A stretch of 64,000 nt of DNA. Origin: Oscillospiraceae bacterium. Lineage in GTDB: Bacteria; Bacillota; Clostridia; Oscillospirales; CAG-272. The translations under genes and the position numbers were made by a program. This document shows, in pieces, positions 16,858 to 25,419 of this stretch (position 1 is its first letter; every line of letters begins with the position of its first letter). The DNA lies in NCBI GenBank assembly GCA_015063685.1, contig SVTR01000008.1:1451-65450 (forward strand). The letters run 5' to 3'. The notes below the pieces were generated by a model. It had not been told where the DNA came from. It saw only the letters and a program-made list of their open reading frames with translations, and did no database searches.

Positions 16858-17054
16858 ATGGTTGTTTAGCGTGGCGACCGCCGCATTTTTGACCTTCCCC
16901 TTTGGGGAAGGGGGACCATCCGAAGGATGGTGGATGAGGTAAAAAACTATGGCCGCAATATGTTTTCGGTTTTAGCCTCACCCACCGCAAGCGGTTCCCC
17001 CTCCCCAAAGGGGAGGGTATAGGGCGCGTGTCTCCTCCGCTAAATAACAATTTA
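16855..17054. repeat. Palindromic element, P family, bounded by junction-motif variants
   Basis: The ends are TAAATGGTTGTTTAGCG and CGCTAAATAACAATTTA. The interior is related to 12610-12829. It starts on the sigG TAA stop codon. Confidence 0.85.
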
Positions 17055-17099
17055 TACCCAAACATACAGAAAGGCTCGGCTTGTGCCGTGTACATATCC

Positions 17100-17945
17100 A
17101 TGAAAACGTATCATCTTACGAAAGAATTTATCACCGCCACCACGAACGCCATGCGTGAGGCTGGACGTATCATGCTCTCCGCCCATCGGGACGGTCAGGG
17201 TGGCGAGGTTACCTCTGACGAGATCAACGACAAGGACACCGCCCATGCCCAGGTCAACTTCGTTACGGTTTACGATAAAAAGGTTCAAGCCCTGCTGATC
17301 GAAAAATTACATATAGCCCTCCCAGAGGCCAAGTTTATGGCCGAGGAGGACGGTGCCGATCAGACCGACCCCACCGAAGGACTGTGTTTTGTCATCGACC
17401 CCATCGACGGTACCGCCAATTTTATTCGCGACTTGGCTTGCTCGGCCATATCTGTGGCGCTTTTGTCTGAGGGTATGCCCGTTTTCGGCGCGGTCTACCA
17501 GCCCTATGCCGACGAGTTGTTCCTGGCTGTCCGAGGGCAGGGAACGGTCTGCTACCGCCATGGTAATCCTCCCGAGAGGGTCACCGTCAGCACCCGCCCT
17601 TTGAAGGAGGCCATTGCCCTCCTCGGCACCTCCCCTTACTATAAAGACGAGTTGGGGGAAACTACCGTATCTCTCTTCAAAAATTGTCTCTACCATGCCG
17701 CCGACGTCCGCAGAAGCGGCTCTGCCGCCTATGATTTCTGCAATATTGCCATGGGGCGCACCGACCTTTTCTGCGAAGCCCGACTGTCCCCTTGGGACTA
17801 CGCCGCAGGCTGTCTGATTGTCACCGAGGCGGGTGGACAGGTCACTTGCCTTGATGGCACCCCTCTGCGCTTTGATCAGCCCTGCTCCGTCCTCGCGGCA
17901 GGATGCGGATGCTATGACGAGGCGGTGGAGATATTTCAACGGTAA
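17100..17945 (+). CDS. Inositol monophosphatase family protein
   Basis: Carries FMAEEDG, VIDPIDGTANF and WDYAAGCLIVTEAGG. The start is trimmed to the ATG at 17100. Confidence 0.85.
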   Translation: MKTYHLTKEFITATTNAMREAGRIMLSAHRDGQGGEVTSDEINDKDTAHAQVNFVTVYDKKVQALLIEKLHIALPEAKFMAEEDGADQTDPTEGLCFVIDPIDGTANFIRDLACSAISVALLSEGMPVFGAVYQPYADELFLAVRGQGTVCYRHGNPPERVTVSTRPLKEAIALLGTSPYYKDELGETTVSLFKNCLYHAADVRRSGSAAYDFCNIAMGRTDLFCEARLSPWDYAAGCLIVTEAGGQVTCLDGTPLRFDQPCSVLAAGCGCYDEAVEIFQR

Positions 17946-18234
17946 ATTGTTGTTTAGCGTTGTTGTGCCCCGCCTTGAAACAGTCATCCTGAGCGAGGGC
18001 GATGCCCGAGTCGAAGGATCCCACAGGAAGCAAAACCTTTTTATGACAATGGTTTTTTACAGGTATAAAGAGATCCTTCGGCGCGGCCAGCGGCCTTGTT
18101 CAGGATGACCGCGTTGGTCAGTAAACGCCCATAAACAACAATTTATCAGCCTAACCATCCATCGCGTGATGTATCTAGCACAGGATGCACTACCCCGAGC
18201 CAGAGCCCCACCGCAGGTGGTAAACAACAATTTA
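17943..18234. repeat. Composite element: junction motif - H cassette - junction motif - Xa arm - junction motif
   Basis: Exact TAAATTGTTGTTTA at 17943, and exact TAAACAACAATTTA at 18132 and 18221. Nearly identical to 29722-29999 except that the inner cassette is inverted. Confidence 0.9.
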
Positions 18235-18278
18235 TATGATTATCTCTGAACTATATCCTAAAACAAAGGAACGCACAT

Positions 18279-19010
18279 ATGAAAACCATTCTCCAATGGC
18301 TCCGCCGTGAGCGCGAGGATATGAAGCTCCTCCTCCGCTCCATCCCCGCTACCGTGGTGACCCTTTTCGTGGTCTCGGTCATCTGCATGAACCTGTTGGC
18401 CAATAAGACCCTCCTCCAACTGGATTGGATCGCCCTGGACGGCGGTATCCTCATCTCCTGGCTGTCCTTCATGTGCATGGACATCATCACTAAGCACTTT
18501 GGCCCGAGGGCATCCAACCGCATCTCCCTTTTGGCCTGCGGCATCAACCTGCTCACCTGCGCCATCTTTTTTGTCGCCGCCGCCATCCCCTCAAACGCGG
18601 AGGACTACACCGCCTTCAACGGCATCTTCGGCGGCACCTGGTTCATCCTTTTGGGCAGTACCGTGGCCTTCCTTGCCTCGGCCGTCATCAATAATACCCT
18701 CAACTGGATGATTGGCAAGGGCTTTAAAAAGAACCCTGACGGCAAGCTGGCCTACGCCATGCGAACATACGTCTCCACCTTCATCGGCCAGTTTTTGGAT
18801 AATTTCATTTTCTCTGTCATTGTCTTCGTCATCTTCGCCCCCATCTTCTGGAACGGCTTCTGCTGGACGGTGCTCCAATGCGCCATGTGCGCCCTGACGG
18901 GAGCCGCGGCCGAGCTTGTCATGGAAATCCTCTTTTCCCCCATCGGCTACCGTATGGTGCAAAAGTGGAAGCAGGAGCGGGTGGGACAGGCGTATTTGGA
19001 TAACAGATAA
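18279..19010 (+). CDS. Queuosine-precursor transporter family (YhhQ/DUF165, VUT family)
   Basis: A multi-pass membrane protein with the pattern NLLANKTLLQLDWIALDGGILISWLSFMCMDIITKHFG typical of YhhQ-like proteins. Confidence 0.7.
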   Translation: MKTILQWLRREREDMKLLLRSIPATVVTLFVVSVICMNLLANKTLLQLDWIALDGGILISWLSFMCMDIITKHFGPRASNRISLLACGINLLTCAIFFVAAAIPSNAEDYTAFNGIFGGTWFILLGSTVAFLASAVINNTLNWMIGKGFKKNPDGKLAYAMRTYVSTFIGQFLDNFIFSVIVFVIFAPIFWNGFCWTVLQCAMCALTGAAAELVMEILFSPIGYRMVQKWKQERVGQAYLDNR

Positions 19011-19160
19011 ATTTTTGTTTATCGAAGAGATACAAGATACGGCCGAGCAAGCTCGGCAGATACAAGATACAAGATAGGGAACTTTTGAAAAAATATGTCG
19101 CCGTATGGGTTTAGGAATATCTTGTATCTCGTATCTCGTATCTCGTATCTCCGTATCTCT
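19008..19160. repeat. K-family element: junction-motif variant, GATACAA heptamer runs, GCCGAGCAAGCTCGGC hairpin, inverted heptamer run
   Basis: TAAATTTTTGTTTATCG lies on the stop codon at 19008. The hairpin is at 19042-19057. The inverted run TATCTTGTATCTCGTATCTCGTATCTCGTATCTCCGTATCTC lies at 19117-19160. Confidence 0.8.
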
Positions 19161-19206
19161 CCGCAACGCCGCATTTTGCTCATATCATCTTGAAAGGAGA
19201 CTCCAT

Positions 19207-19860
19207 ATGAAGATCCTCATCACGGGCACCACCCAAGGCATCGGCCGCGCCATCGCCGTGAAATTTCTCAGCGAGGGACATACCGTTATCGGCATCGACC
19301 GCCAACCCTCCAGCATTGAACATACAAGCTATACCCACCATACCTGCGACATCCGCGACTATGACCGCCTCCCCGCCGTAGAAGGGGTGGAGATCCTTAT
19401 CAACAACGCGGGCACCCAAAACGAAAAGGATATTGATACCAACCTCAAAGCCCTCATCCATATGACCGAGACCTACGGCGTCACCCCCGCCATCAAGTCT
19501 GTCCTGCATATCGGCTCGGCCAGCGCACACACGGGCGCGGAATTTCCCGAATACTGCGCCTCCAAGGGCGGCGTTCTGGCCTATACCAAGAACGTGGCCA
19601 TGCGGGTGGCCAAATACGGCGCCACCTGCAACAGCCTGGACCCCGGCGGCGTGCTGACCCCCCTCAACGAGTGCGTCATGAACGATCCCGAGCTGTGGGC
19701 TGAGATCATGAACGAGACCCCCCTCCGCCGCTGGGCGACCCCCGAAGAGATCGCCGAGTGGGCGTATTTCCTCACCGTCGTGAATACCTTCTGCACGGGA
19801 CAGAGCATCCTCGTGGACGGCGGCGAGGCCATCAATTATCACTTTGTGTGGAAGGACTAA
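19207..19860 (+). CDS. SDR-family oxidoreductase
   Basis: Carries ILITGTTQGIGRAIA (TGxxxGxG), NNAG and the YCASK catalytic motif. The ATG at 19207 follows AAGGAG. Confidence 0.85.
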   Translation: MKILITGTTQGIGRAIAVKFLSEGHTVIGIDRQPSSIEHTSYTHHTCDIRDYDRLPAVEGVEILINNAGTQNEKDIDTNLKALIHMTETYGVTPAIKSVLHIGSASAHTGAEFPEYCASKGGVLAYTKNVAMRVAKYGATCNSLDPGGVLTPLNECVMNDPELWAEIMNETPLRRWATPEEIAEWAYFLTVVNTFCTGQSILVDGGEAINYHFVWKD

Positions 19861-19878
19861 AGAAAAGTTATAGGTAAT

Positions 19879-19995
19879 AGTGAAGAGTGAATAGGTGTGG
19901 ATGGAAACCTTCGGTTTCCCACATTCAAGTAAAAAATGGACAAATCCGAAGGATTTGCACCTCCACTTTTCACTCTTCACTCTTCACTCTTCACT
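19879..19995. repeat. S-family inverted doublet flanked by TTCACTC heptamer runs
   Basis: AGTGAAGAGTGAA on the left and (CTTCACT)x4 on the right enclose the hairpins GGAAACCttcGGTTTCC and CAAATCCgaaGGATTTG. Confidence 0.75.
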
Positions 19996-20020
19996 AAAAA
20001 ACGAAAGGCAGGTACATACC

Positions 20021-21658
20021 ATGAAAAGCCACTTCAAACTCCTCCTCCCCGACTCCGGCCGCGACATCTACATGCCCCGCAAGTCCCAGTCCTGGGGCTA
20101 CCGCTACGGCCCCACCATCATGGTGGAGAACGGGGTCTGCCACGCCTGGTTTGCCTCTCCCGGTGACTGCTACGAGGCAGACTGGTTCACCTACCGTAAG
20201 TCCACCGACGGCGGCAAGACCTGGACGGATGAAAAGGTGGTCATGTACCCCGTCCCCGATTCCATGGACTGGTTCTCGGTCTGTGATCCCGCCGTCATCA
20301 AGTACGGCGAGTACTACTACATCGGCTATACCTCCACCGTCTTCGCCAACGGCGGCGGTGTCTGCAACAACGGCTTCATCGGCCGCTCCAAGTCCCCCGA
20401 GGGCCCCTTTGAGCGGTGGTGCGGCGACGGCTGGGGCGAGACCCGCGAGACGGCCGACGGCACCCTGAGCTGGATGGGCAAGCCCGCCCCCGTCATCTAC
20501 TACGACGAGGACTGGCACAACTGGGGCGCGGGTGAATTCTCCTTTGTTATCAAGGATGAAACCATCTACATCTACTACACCTGGATGTCCAAGGACAGAG
20601 ACGGCAACCCCATCCATGAGACCCGCGTAGCCACCGCCGATATCACCGACGAGAACTGGCCGGGTAAGGTGATCCGGCAGGGCGTGGCGGTCAAGCGTCC
20701 CCGCGGCGGCAACGATTCCTACGACGTGGTCTACTGCGAGGATCTGCAAAAATTCATCGCCCTCTCCACCGACCACCGCTTCTCCGAGAACAGCGTGCTG
20801 GCGGTCTACGAGTCGGATGACGGTCTCCGCTATACCCGTGTCAATAACATCAAGGTCAATACCGGCTGGATGTGCCACAACTGCGGCATTTCCGGCGACG
20901 CACAGCACCACATCAAGTCGGGGGACACCCTGCTCCTGGCCTACGCCTACGGCAACAAGTGGGGCTGCTGGGGCACCCGCATCCACGATTACTCCTTCGA
21001 GGCCATGGAGGAGGACTTCTACGATGAGAGCGAGCTTCAGAACCTCCACCACGAGATCGAGAAGATCGACGATCCCACCGAGTTCAGCCCCTCCATGCTC
21101 TATTTGAGAAAGCCCCACTTCCGCCGCCTCGCCGTGGGGGAGACCCTGGAGATTCCCATGATGACGGGCAACGTCACCTATTCCATGCGCCCCGTGGAGG
21201 GAGAGGTCACCTTCTACGATTACGATCCCGCCATCCTCTCCATCGAGAACGGCAAGGCCACGGGTATCTCCGAGGGCTACACCTACGTCCGCGCCGCGTA
21301 CAACGGTCTGTTCTGCGAATTCCTCGCCTACGTGGACAATACCCGTCCCCACGTGGATCCCGACTGGAAGCCCCACCCCGAAAAGACCGTCACCTCCTTC
21401 ACCCCCCTCATCACCGAGTACGCCGCCTCCCTCGAAAAGCGGGAGATGAAGCAGCTCCGCGGTCTGGCGGTCTACGAAGACGGCACCTGGTTCGAGGTCT
21501 GCGGCGACGACGGCGTGACCTACGAGAACCACAGCCCCGAGCTGTTCCGCATGAGAGCGGACGGACATGTGGAGCCTACGGGCAAAACGGGGAAGGGAAC
21601 CGTCACCCTCATCTGTGGCGGGCATAGCTTTGACGTGACTGTTACCGTGGTGGATTGA
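20021..21658 (+). CDS. Cytoplasmic beta-propeller glycoside-hydrolase-like protein (GH43/BNR-like) with C-terminal Ig-like domains
   Basis: Carries an Asp-box STDGGKTW and a DPAVIKYGEYYYIGYT-type blade motif. The C-terminal ATGISEGYTYVRA / GKGTVTLICGGHSFDVTV resemble Big_2 domains. No signal peptide. The function is tentative. Confidence 0.6.
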   Translation: MKSHFKLLLPDSGRDIYMPRKSQSWGYRYGPTIMVENGVCHAWFASPGDCYEADWFTYRKSTDGGKTWTDEKVVMYPVPDSMDWFSVCDPAVIKYGEYYYIGYTSTVFANGGGVCNNGFIGRSKSPEGPFERWCGDGWGETRETADGTLSWMGKPAPVIYYDEDWHNWGAGEFSFVIKDETIYIYYTWMSKDRDGNPIHETRVATADITDENWPGKVIRQGVAVKRPRGGNDSYDVVYCEDLQKFIALSTDHRFSENSVLAVYESDDGLRYTRVNNIKVNTGWMCHNCGISGDAQHHIKSGDTLLLAYAYGNKWGCWGTRIHDYSFEAMEEDFYDESELQNLHHEIEKIDDPTEFSPSMLYLRKPHFRRLAVGETLEIPMMTGNVTYSMRPVEGEVTFYDYDPAILSIENGKATGISEGYTYVRAAYNGLFCEFLAYVDNTRPHVDPDWKPHPEKTVTSFTPLITEYAASLEKREMKQLRGLAVYEDGTWFEVCGDDGVTYENHSPELFRMRADGHVEPTGKTGKGTVTLICGGHSFDVTVTVVD

Positions 21659-21760
21659 TAAAAAATTTTTCTCCGTCGCATAATGTTTACAAAAAACCTC
21701 TTATATTGAAGCGAAGATTGTAGTAAAATAAAGAGAATAAATATCATGCGAGGTGGCAGT

Positions 21761-22483
21761 ATGAATCAACAACCCAGATATAAAAGGATCTTGCTGAAAT
21801 TGTCGGGCGAAGCCCTCTCTCCCAAGTGTCGTGAGGACGGCATTTTGGACTTCGCTTTCATGGATACCATTGCCGAGGTGCTGAAGAAGTGTCGTGATGC
21901 CGGCGTAGAGATCGGCGTTGTGGTAGGCGCAGGCAACATCTGGCGCGGCGTGACCGGTTCTGTTAAGATGGAACGGGCTCGGGCAGATCACATGGGTATG
22001 CTGGGCACCTGCATCAACGCCCTGGCGCTTCAGGATGTGTTCATCCGTCACGGTATGGACACCGTGGTTATGTCTGCGGTGGAGATGGACACCTTTGCTG
22101 ACCACTACAGCGCGAGAAACGCCAATCGCGTACTGGCGGCAGGAAAGATCGCCATTTTCTCCTGCGGTACGGGCGCGCCTTACTTCTCTACTGACACGGG
22201 CGCGGCTCTTCGCGCGGCAGAGATCCACGCCGATGCCATGCTCATGGCGAAAAATATTGATTTCGTCTATGATTCCGACCCTCGCAAAAATCCCGACGCC
22301 AAGCCCCTGTATGATCTTACCTATGCTGAGATCATTGAGAAAAACCTCAGAGCCTTTGATATGTCGGCGGTCATCTTCTGCCAGGACAACAACATCGAGG
22401 CCTACGGCTTCGGTCTGGCAGATCCCGAGAATATCTACCGTGTCGTCATGGGCGAGTCCGTAGGCACGCGGATGCATAATTGA
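21761..22483 (+). CDS. pyrH: UMP kinase
   Basis: Carries YKRILLKLSGEAL and GAGNIWRG. The ATG at 21761 follows GAGGTG. Confidence 0.93.
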   Translation: MNQQPRYKRILLKLSGEALSPKCREDGILDFAFMDTIAEVLKKCRDAGVEIGVVVGAGNIWRGVTGSVKMERARADHMGMLGTCINALALQDVFIRHGMDTVVMSAVEMDTFADHYSARNANRVLAAGKIAIFSCGTGAPYFSTDTGAALRAAEIHADAMLMAKNIDFVYDSDPRKNPDAKPLYDLTYAEIIEKNLRAFDMSAVIFCQDNNIEAYGFGLADPENIYRVVMGESVGTRMHN

Positions 22484-22593
22484 GCAGACGTTGTCTCTGC
22501 ATCCGGATTGCCGCGGATGCGCGATGATTTTGCTCCTTCCGTATCAAAACTCAAACAGAAAAACAATCCAAAACATAGAAAGGAAATACCACC

Positions 22594-23148
22594 ATGAAGT
22601 ACAATACCAAAGCACTTGAAGGCAGAATGGACAAGGCCATTGTCGCCTACGAAAACAACCTGGCCGATGTGCGCGCCAGTCAGGCAAACCCCGCCGTCCT
22701 CAACCGTGTGACCTTCGATTATTACGGTTCCGCTACCCCTATCAAGGATATGGCCGCTATCTCGGTTTCCGATGCTCGCACCCTGGTGATCCAGCCCTAT
22801 GACAAGTCCACCTTGAAGGCTATGGAAAAAGCCATTCAGATGTCCGACGTTGGCATCAATCCCCAGAATGACGGTACTGTTCTCCGCCTGCTGTTCCCTC
22901 AGCTGACCGAGGAGCGCCGTAAGGCTCTGGCAAAGCAGGTCAAGGGCATGGGCGAAGAGGCAAAAGTCGCCGTTCGTAACATCCGTCGCGATGCTATGGA
23001 CGAGACTAAAAAAGCCAAGAAGGATGGCACCATGACCGAAGATGAGGTTAAGGACGCAGAGAAGGCTATCCAGGATGTCACCGACAAGTATGTGAAAAAG
23101 GTAGATACACTTACCGCCGCCAAGGAAAAGGAACTGATGGCTATCTGA
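22594..23148 (+). CDS. frr: Ribosome recycling factor
   Basis: A 184-aa ORF carrying RASQANPAVLNRVTFDYYG, LVIQPYDKS, NPQNDGTVLRLLFPQLTEERR and VRNIRRDA. Confidence 0.95.
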   Translation: MKYNTKALEGRMDKAIVAYENNLADVRASQANPAVLNRVTFDYYGSATPIKDMAAISVSDARTLVIQPYDKSTLKAMEKAIQMSDVGINPQNDGTVLRLLFPQLTEERRKALAKQVKGMGEEAKVAVRNIRRDAMDETKKAKKDGTMTEDEVKDAEKAIQDVTDKYVKKVDTLTAAKEKELMAI

Positions 23149-23453
23149 GCCGCCCTTGCTGGTTCATAGATTTTGGGCTACCTCCCAAAGCTCTCTCGCC
23201 GATGGATCGGCGGCACTTTCTTCGGCATTTTTGCACAAAATTTCTTTGCGTAGCCCCACTAACGTCCACTACGCATGCGAATTTTTACATGAATTGCCAA
23301 ACAAATTGCTCGCCCCGCTTTCAGCGACAGAGTTTTAGAGATGCCCTTTGAATCCTCGCGGGTGGACAGAGATGTCCACCCGTTCATGTATCTAAATAAA
23401 AGGTACAAGATGAGTTTATCTTGTATCTTCCATTGTAGTGTAAGGAGAATCCT

Positions 23454-24200
23454 ATGGCCCTTTTTAAGAAAAGCACCCCTCAACCCGCCGAAGCTCCCGC
23501 AGCGGAGAAAAAGCTTCGTCCCGACGAAAACTTCAAGCACATTGCCTTTATCATGGACGGCAACGGCCGCTGGGCCAAAAAACGGGGTATGCCCCGTGAG
23601 TACGGCCACAAGGTTGGTGCCGCTACCTTCAAAAAGATTTGCATTTATTGCAGCGATATCGGCTTTCAGGCGGTGACGGTCTACGCCTTTTCCACCGAGA
23701 ACTGGAAGCGCCCCAAGCATGAGGTGGACGCCCTCATGATGATCCTTGATCAGTATCTTGATGAACTGAAAAGAGATCACGAGCAGTATAAGAGCCACTT
23801 CCGCTTCATTGGAGATCTGTCCTTTTTGACTCCCGAGCTGAAGGCCAAGATCGACGAGGTGGAAAAGTTGAATATGCACCATCCCCAGGTGCTGAACGTG
23901 GCCATCAATTACGGAGGAAGAGCCGAGCTGACCCATGCTGTCAATACCCTTATGGCTGAGGGCAAGACCTCGGTCACCGAGGAGGATATTTCCGGAGCGC
24001 TTTACACGGCCGAAGCGGGAGATCCCGATATGATCGTCCGAACCGGCGGCGATTTGCGCATTTCCAATTTCCTCTTGTGGCAGGCGGCCTATGCCGAGCT
24101 GTACTTTACCGATAAGCTCTGGCCTGACCTGAACAGTGACGATATCGACGAGATCGTCCGTGCCTTTTATTCCAGAAAACGCCGTTTCGGCGGACTTTGA
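23454..24200 (+). CDS. uppS: Isoprenyl transferase (undecaprenyl-diphosphate synthase)
   Basis: Carries HIAFIMDGNGRWAK, YAFSTENWKRP and RISNFLLWQAAYAELYF. Confidence 0.93.
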   Translation: MALFKKSTPQPAEAPAAEKKLRPDENFKHIAFIMDGNGRWAKKRGMPREYGHKVGAATFKKICIYCSDIGFQAVTVYAFSTENWKRPKHEVDALMMILDQYLDELKRDHEQYKSHFRFIGDLSFLTPELKAKIDEVEKLNMHHPQVLNVAINYGGRAELTHAVNTLMAEGKTSVTEEDISGALYTAEAGDPDMIVRTGGDLRISNFLLWQAAYAELYFTDKLWPDLNSDDIDEIVRAFYSRKRRFGGL

Positions 24201-24386
24201 TCGTATCAAAGAAGGTACTTAGCGTGAAGATTTAGAGGTGACCTTCAATGATCTCAAGCCCCAAGATACTGCTTCGCGCAGGATTCTCCCTAAAATGGGA
24301 CTTACCCCCTTATGTCGCTGACGAGCGACACGGTCGAATTTCAAGGTATATTTGTGCCGCCGCATAGCGGTGGAATGGAGATAATT

Positions 24387-25238
24387 ATGTTGAAACGTGT
24401 GATCACAGGCATCGTTGCCTTTTTGGTTTTTCTGCCTTTTATCATATTTTCAGATACGGTGGCGTTGCCCATCGGTCTTGGCTTGTGTGCCGCCATTGCC
24501 ATGTGGGAGGCCTTCCATTGTGTAGGACTTCACAAAAACCTTTGGCTGTCCCTGCCCTTGTACCCTATAGCCGCAGCCGCACCCATTTGTATGAGATGTC
24601 TGGGCATTGACACCACTCTGACCATGGCGGTTGTGGCAATCTTCGTGCTGATGCTGTATACATATGCGGTGTGCGTTTTCTCCAAGGGCAAGGTGGATAT
24701 TTCCGCGGCCTGCACCGCTTTGGTAACGTGTCTGTATACTATGGGTGGCTTCGCTGCCATCATTTACCTGCACGATTTCCATGCGGGCGGCAGATTCCTT
24801 TATCTGCTCACCTTCATCGGCGCGTGGATCACCGATATTTTTGCCTATTTTTCCGGTCGTCTCTTTGGAAAGCACAAGCTGATCCCTGAGATCAGCCCCA
24901 AGAAGACGGTGGAGGGTAGTATCGGCGGCATTTTGTTCTGCGTATTGGCCTTCTTGGGCTTCACTTATATCTACAATACCTGGCTGGTGGGCTTCTTGCC
25001 CGATGCGACACTCCCTGAGGTGACTGTCACTCTTCCCTATGTACTCATGGCGGTGGTGGGATTCGTGGTGTCCATTGTCTCCCAGATAGGTGATCTTTCC
25101 ATGTCGGCAATCAAGCGGCACTATGGCGTGAAAGACTTCGGCAAGCTTTTCCCCGGTCACGGCGGTGTTTTGGATCGCTTTGACTCTGTGCTGGCGGTGG
25201 CCATCATTCTGGCCTGTGCCTTGGGGATGCTACTGTAA
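24387..25238 (+). CDS. cdsA: Phosphatidate cytidylyltransferase
   Basis: A multi-TM protein with the C-terminal signature SQIGDLSMSAIKRHYGVKDFGKLFPGHGGVLDRFDS. Confidence 0.9.
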   Translation: MLKRVITGIVAFLVFLPFIIFSDTVALPIGLGLCAAIAMWEAFHCVGLHKNLWLSLPLYPIAAAAPICMRCLGIDTTLTMAVVAIFVLMLYTYAVCVFSKGKVDISAACTALVTCLYTMGGFAAIIYLHDFHAGGRFLYLLTFIGAWITDIFAYFSGRLFGKHKLIPEISPKKTVEGSIGGILFCVLAFLGFTYIYNTWLVGFLPDATLPEVTVTLPYVLMAVVGFVVSIVSQIGDLSMSAIKRHYGVKDFGKLFPGHGGVLDRFDSVLAVAIILACALGMLL

Positions 25239-25268
25239 AAGTTGCTTGCCGGAGGTTAACACAAACCT

Positions 25269-25361
25269 GTAGGGGTGACCCTGTGTGGTCGCCCGCACGG
25301 CAGGAATCTATATTCAATAAGAATTTATTGCCAACGGACGACCACATAGGGTCGCCCCTGT
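25269..25361. repeat. REPIN-like inverted doublet (G family)
   Basis: GTAGGGGTGACCctgtgtGGTCGCCC and GGACGACCacatagGGTCGCCCCTG are separated by an AT-rich ~40-nt spacer. Confidence 0.8.
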
Positions 25362-25419
25362 CCTAATTCAATTTTCCGCTAAACAAACTCTCCACACCAA
25401 AACGAAAGGAGCCTGCGTC

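Noticed and set aside
18235-18278. Possible preQ1 riboswitch upstream of the yhhQ-like queuosine-precursor transporter. The A-rich tail CCTAAAACAAAGGA resembles the 3' tail of preQ1-I.
   Set aside because: I could not find a P1 stem complementary to the sequence preceding the tail. Only 44 nt lie between the repeat element and the ATG. The resemblance is limited to an A-rich RBS region.
22484-22593. Hairpin GCATCCGgattgccgCGGATGC after pyrH, considered as a terminator or attenuator before frr.
   Set aside because: The stem is short and not followed by a clear T-run. pyrH-frr are usually co-transcribed. The evidence is insufficient to call it.
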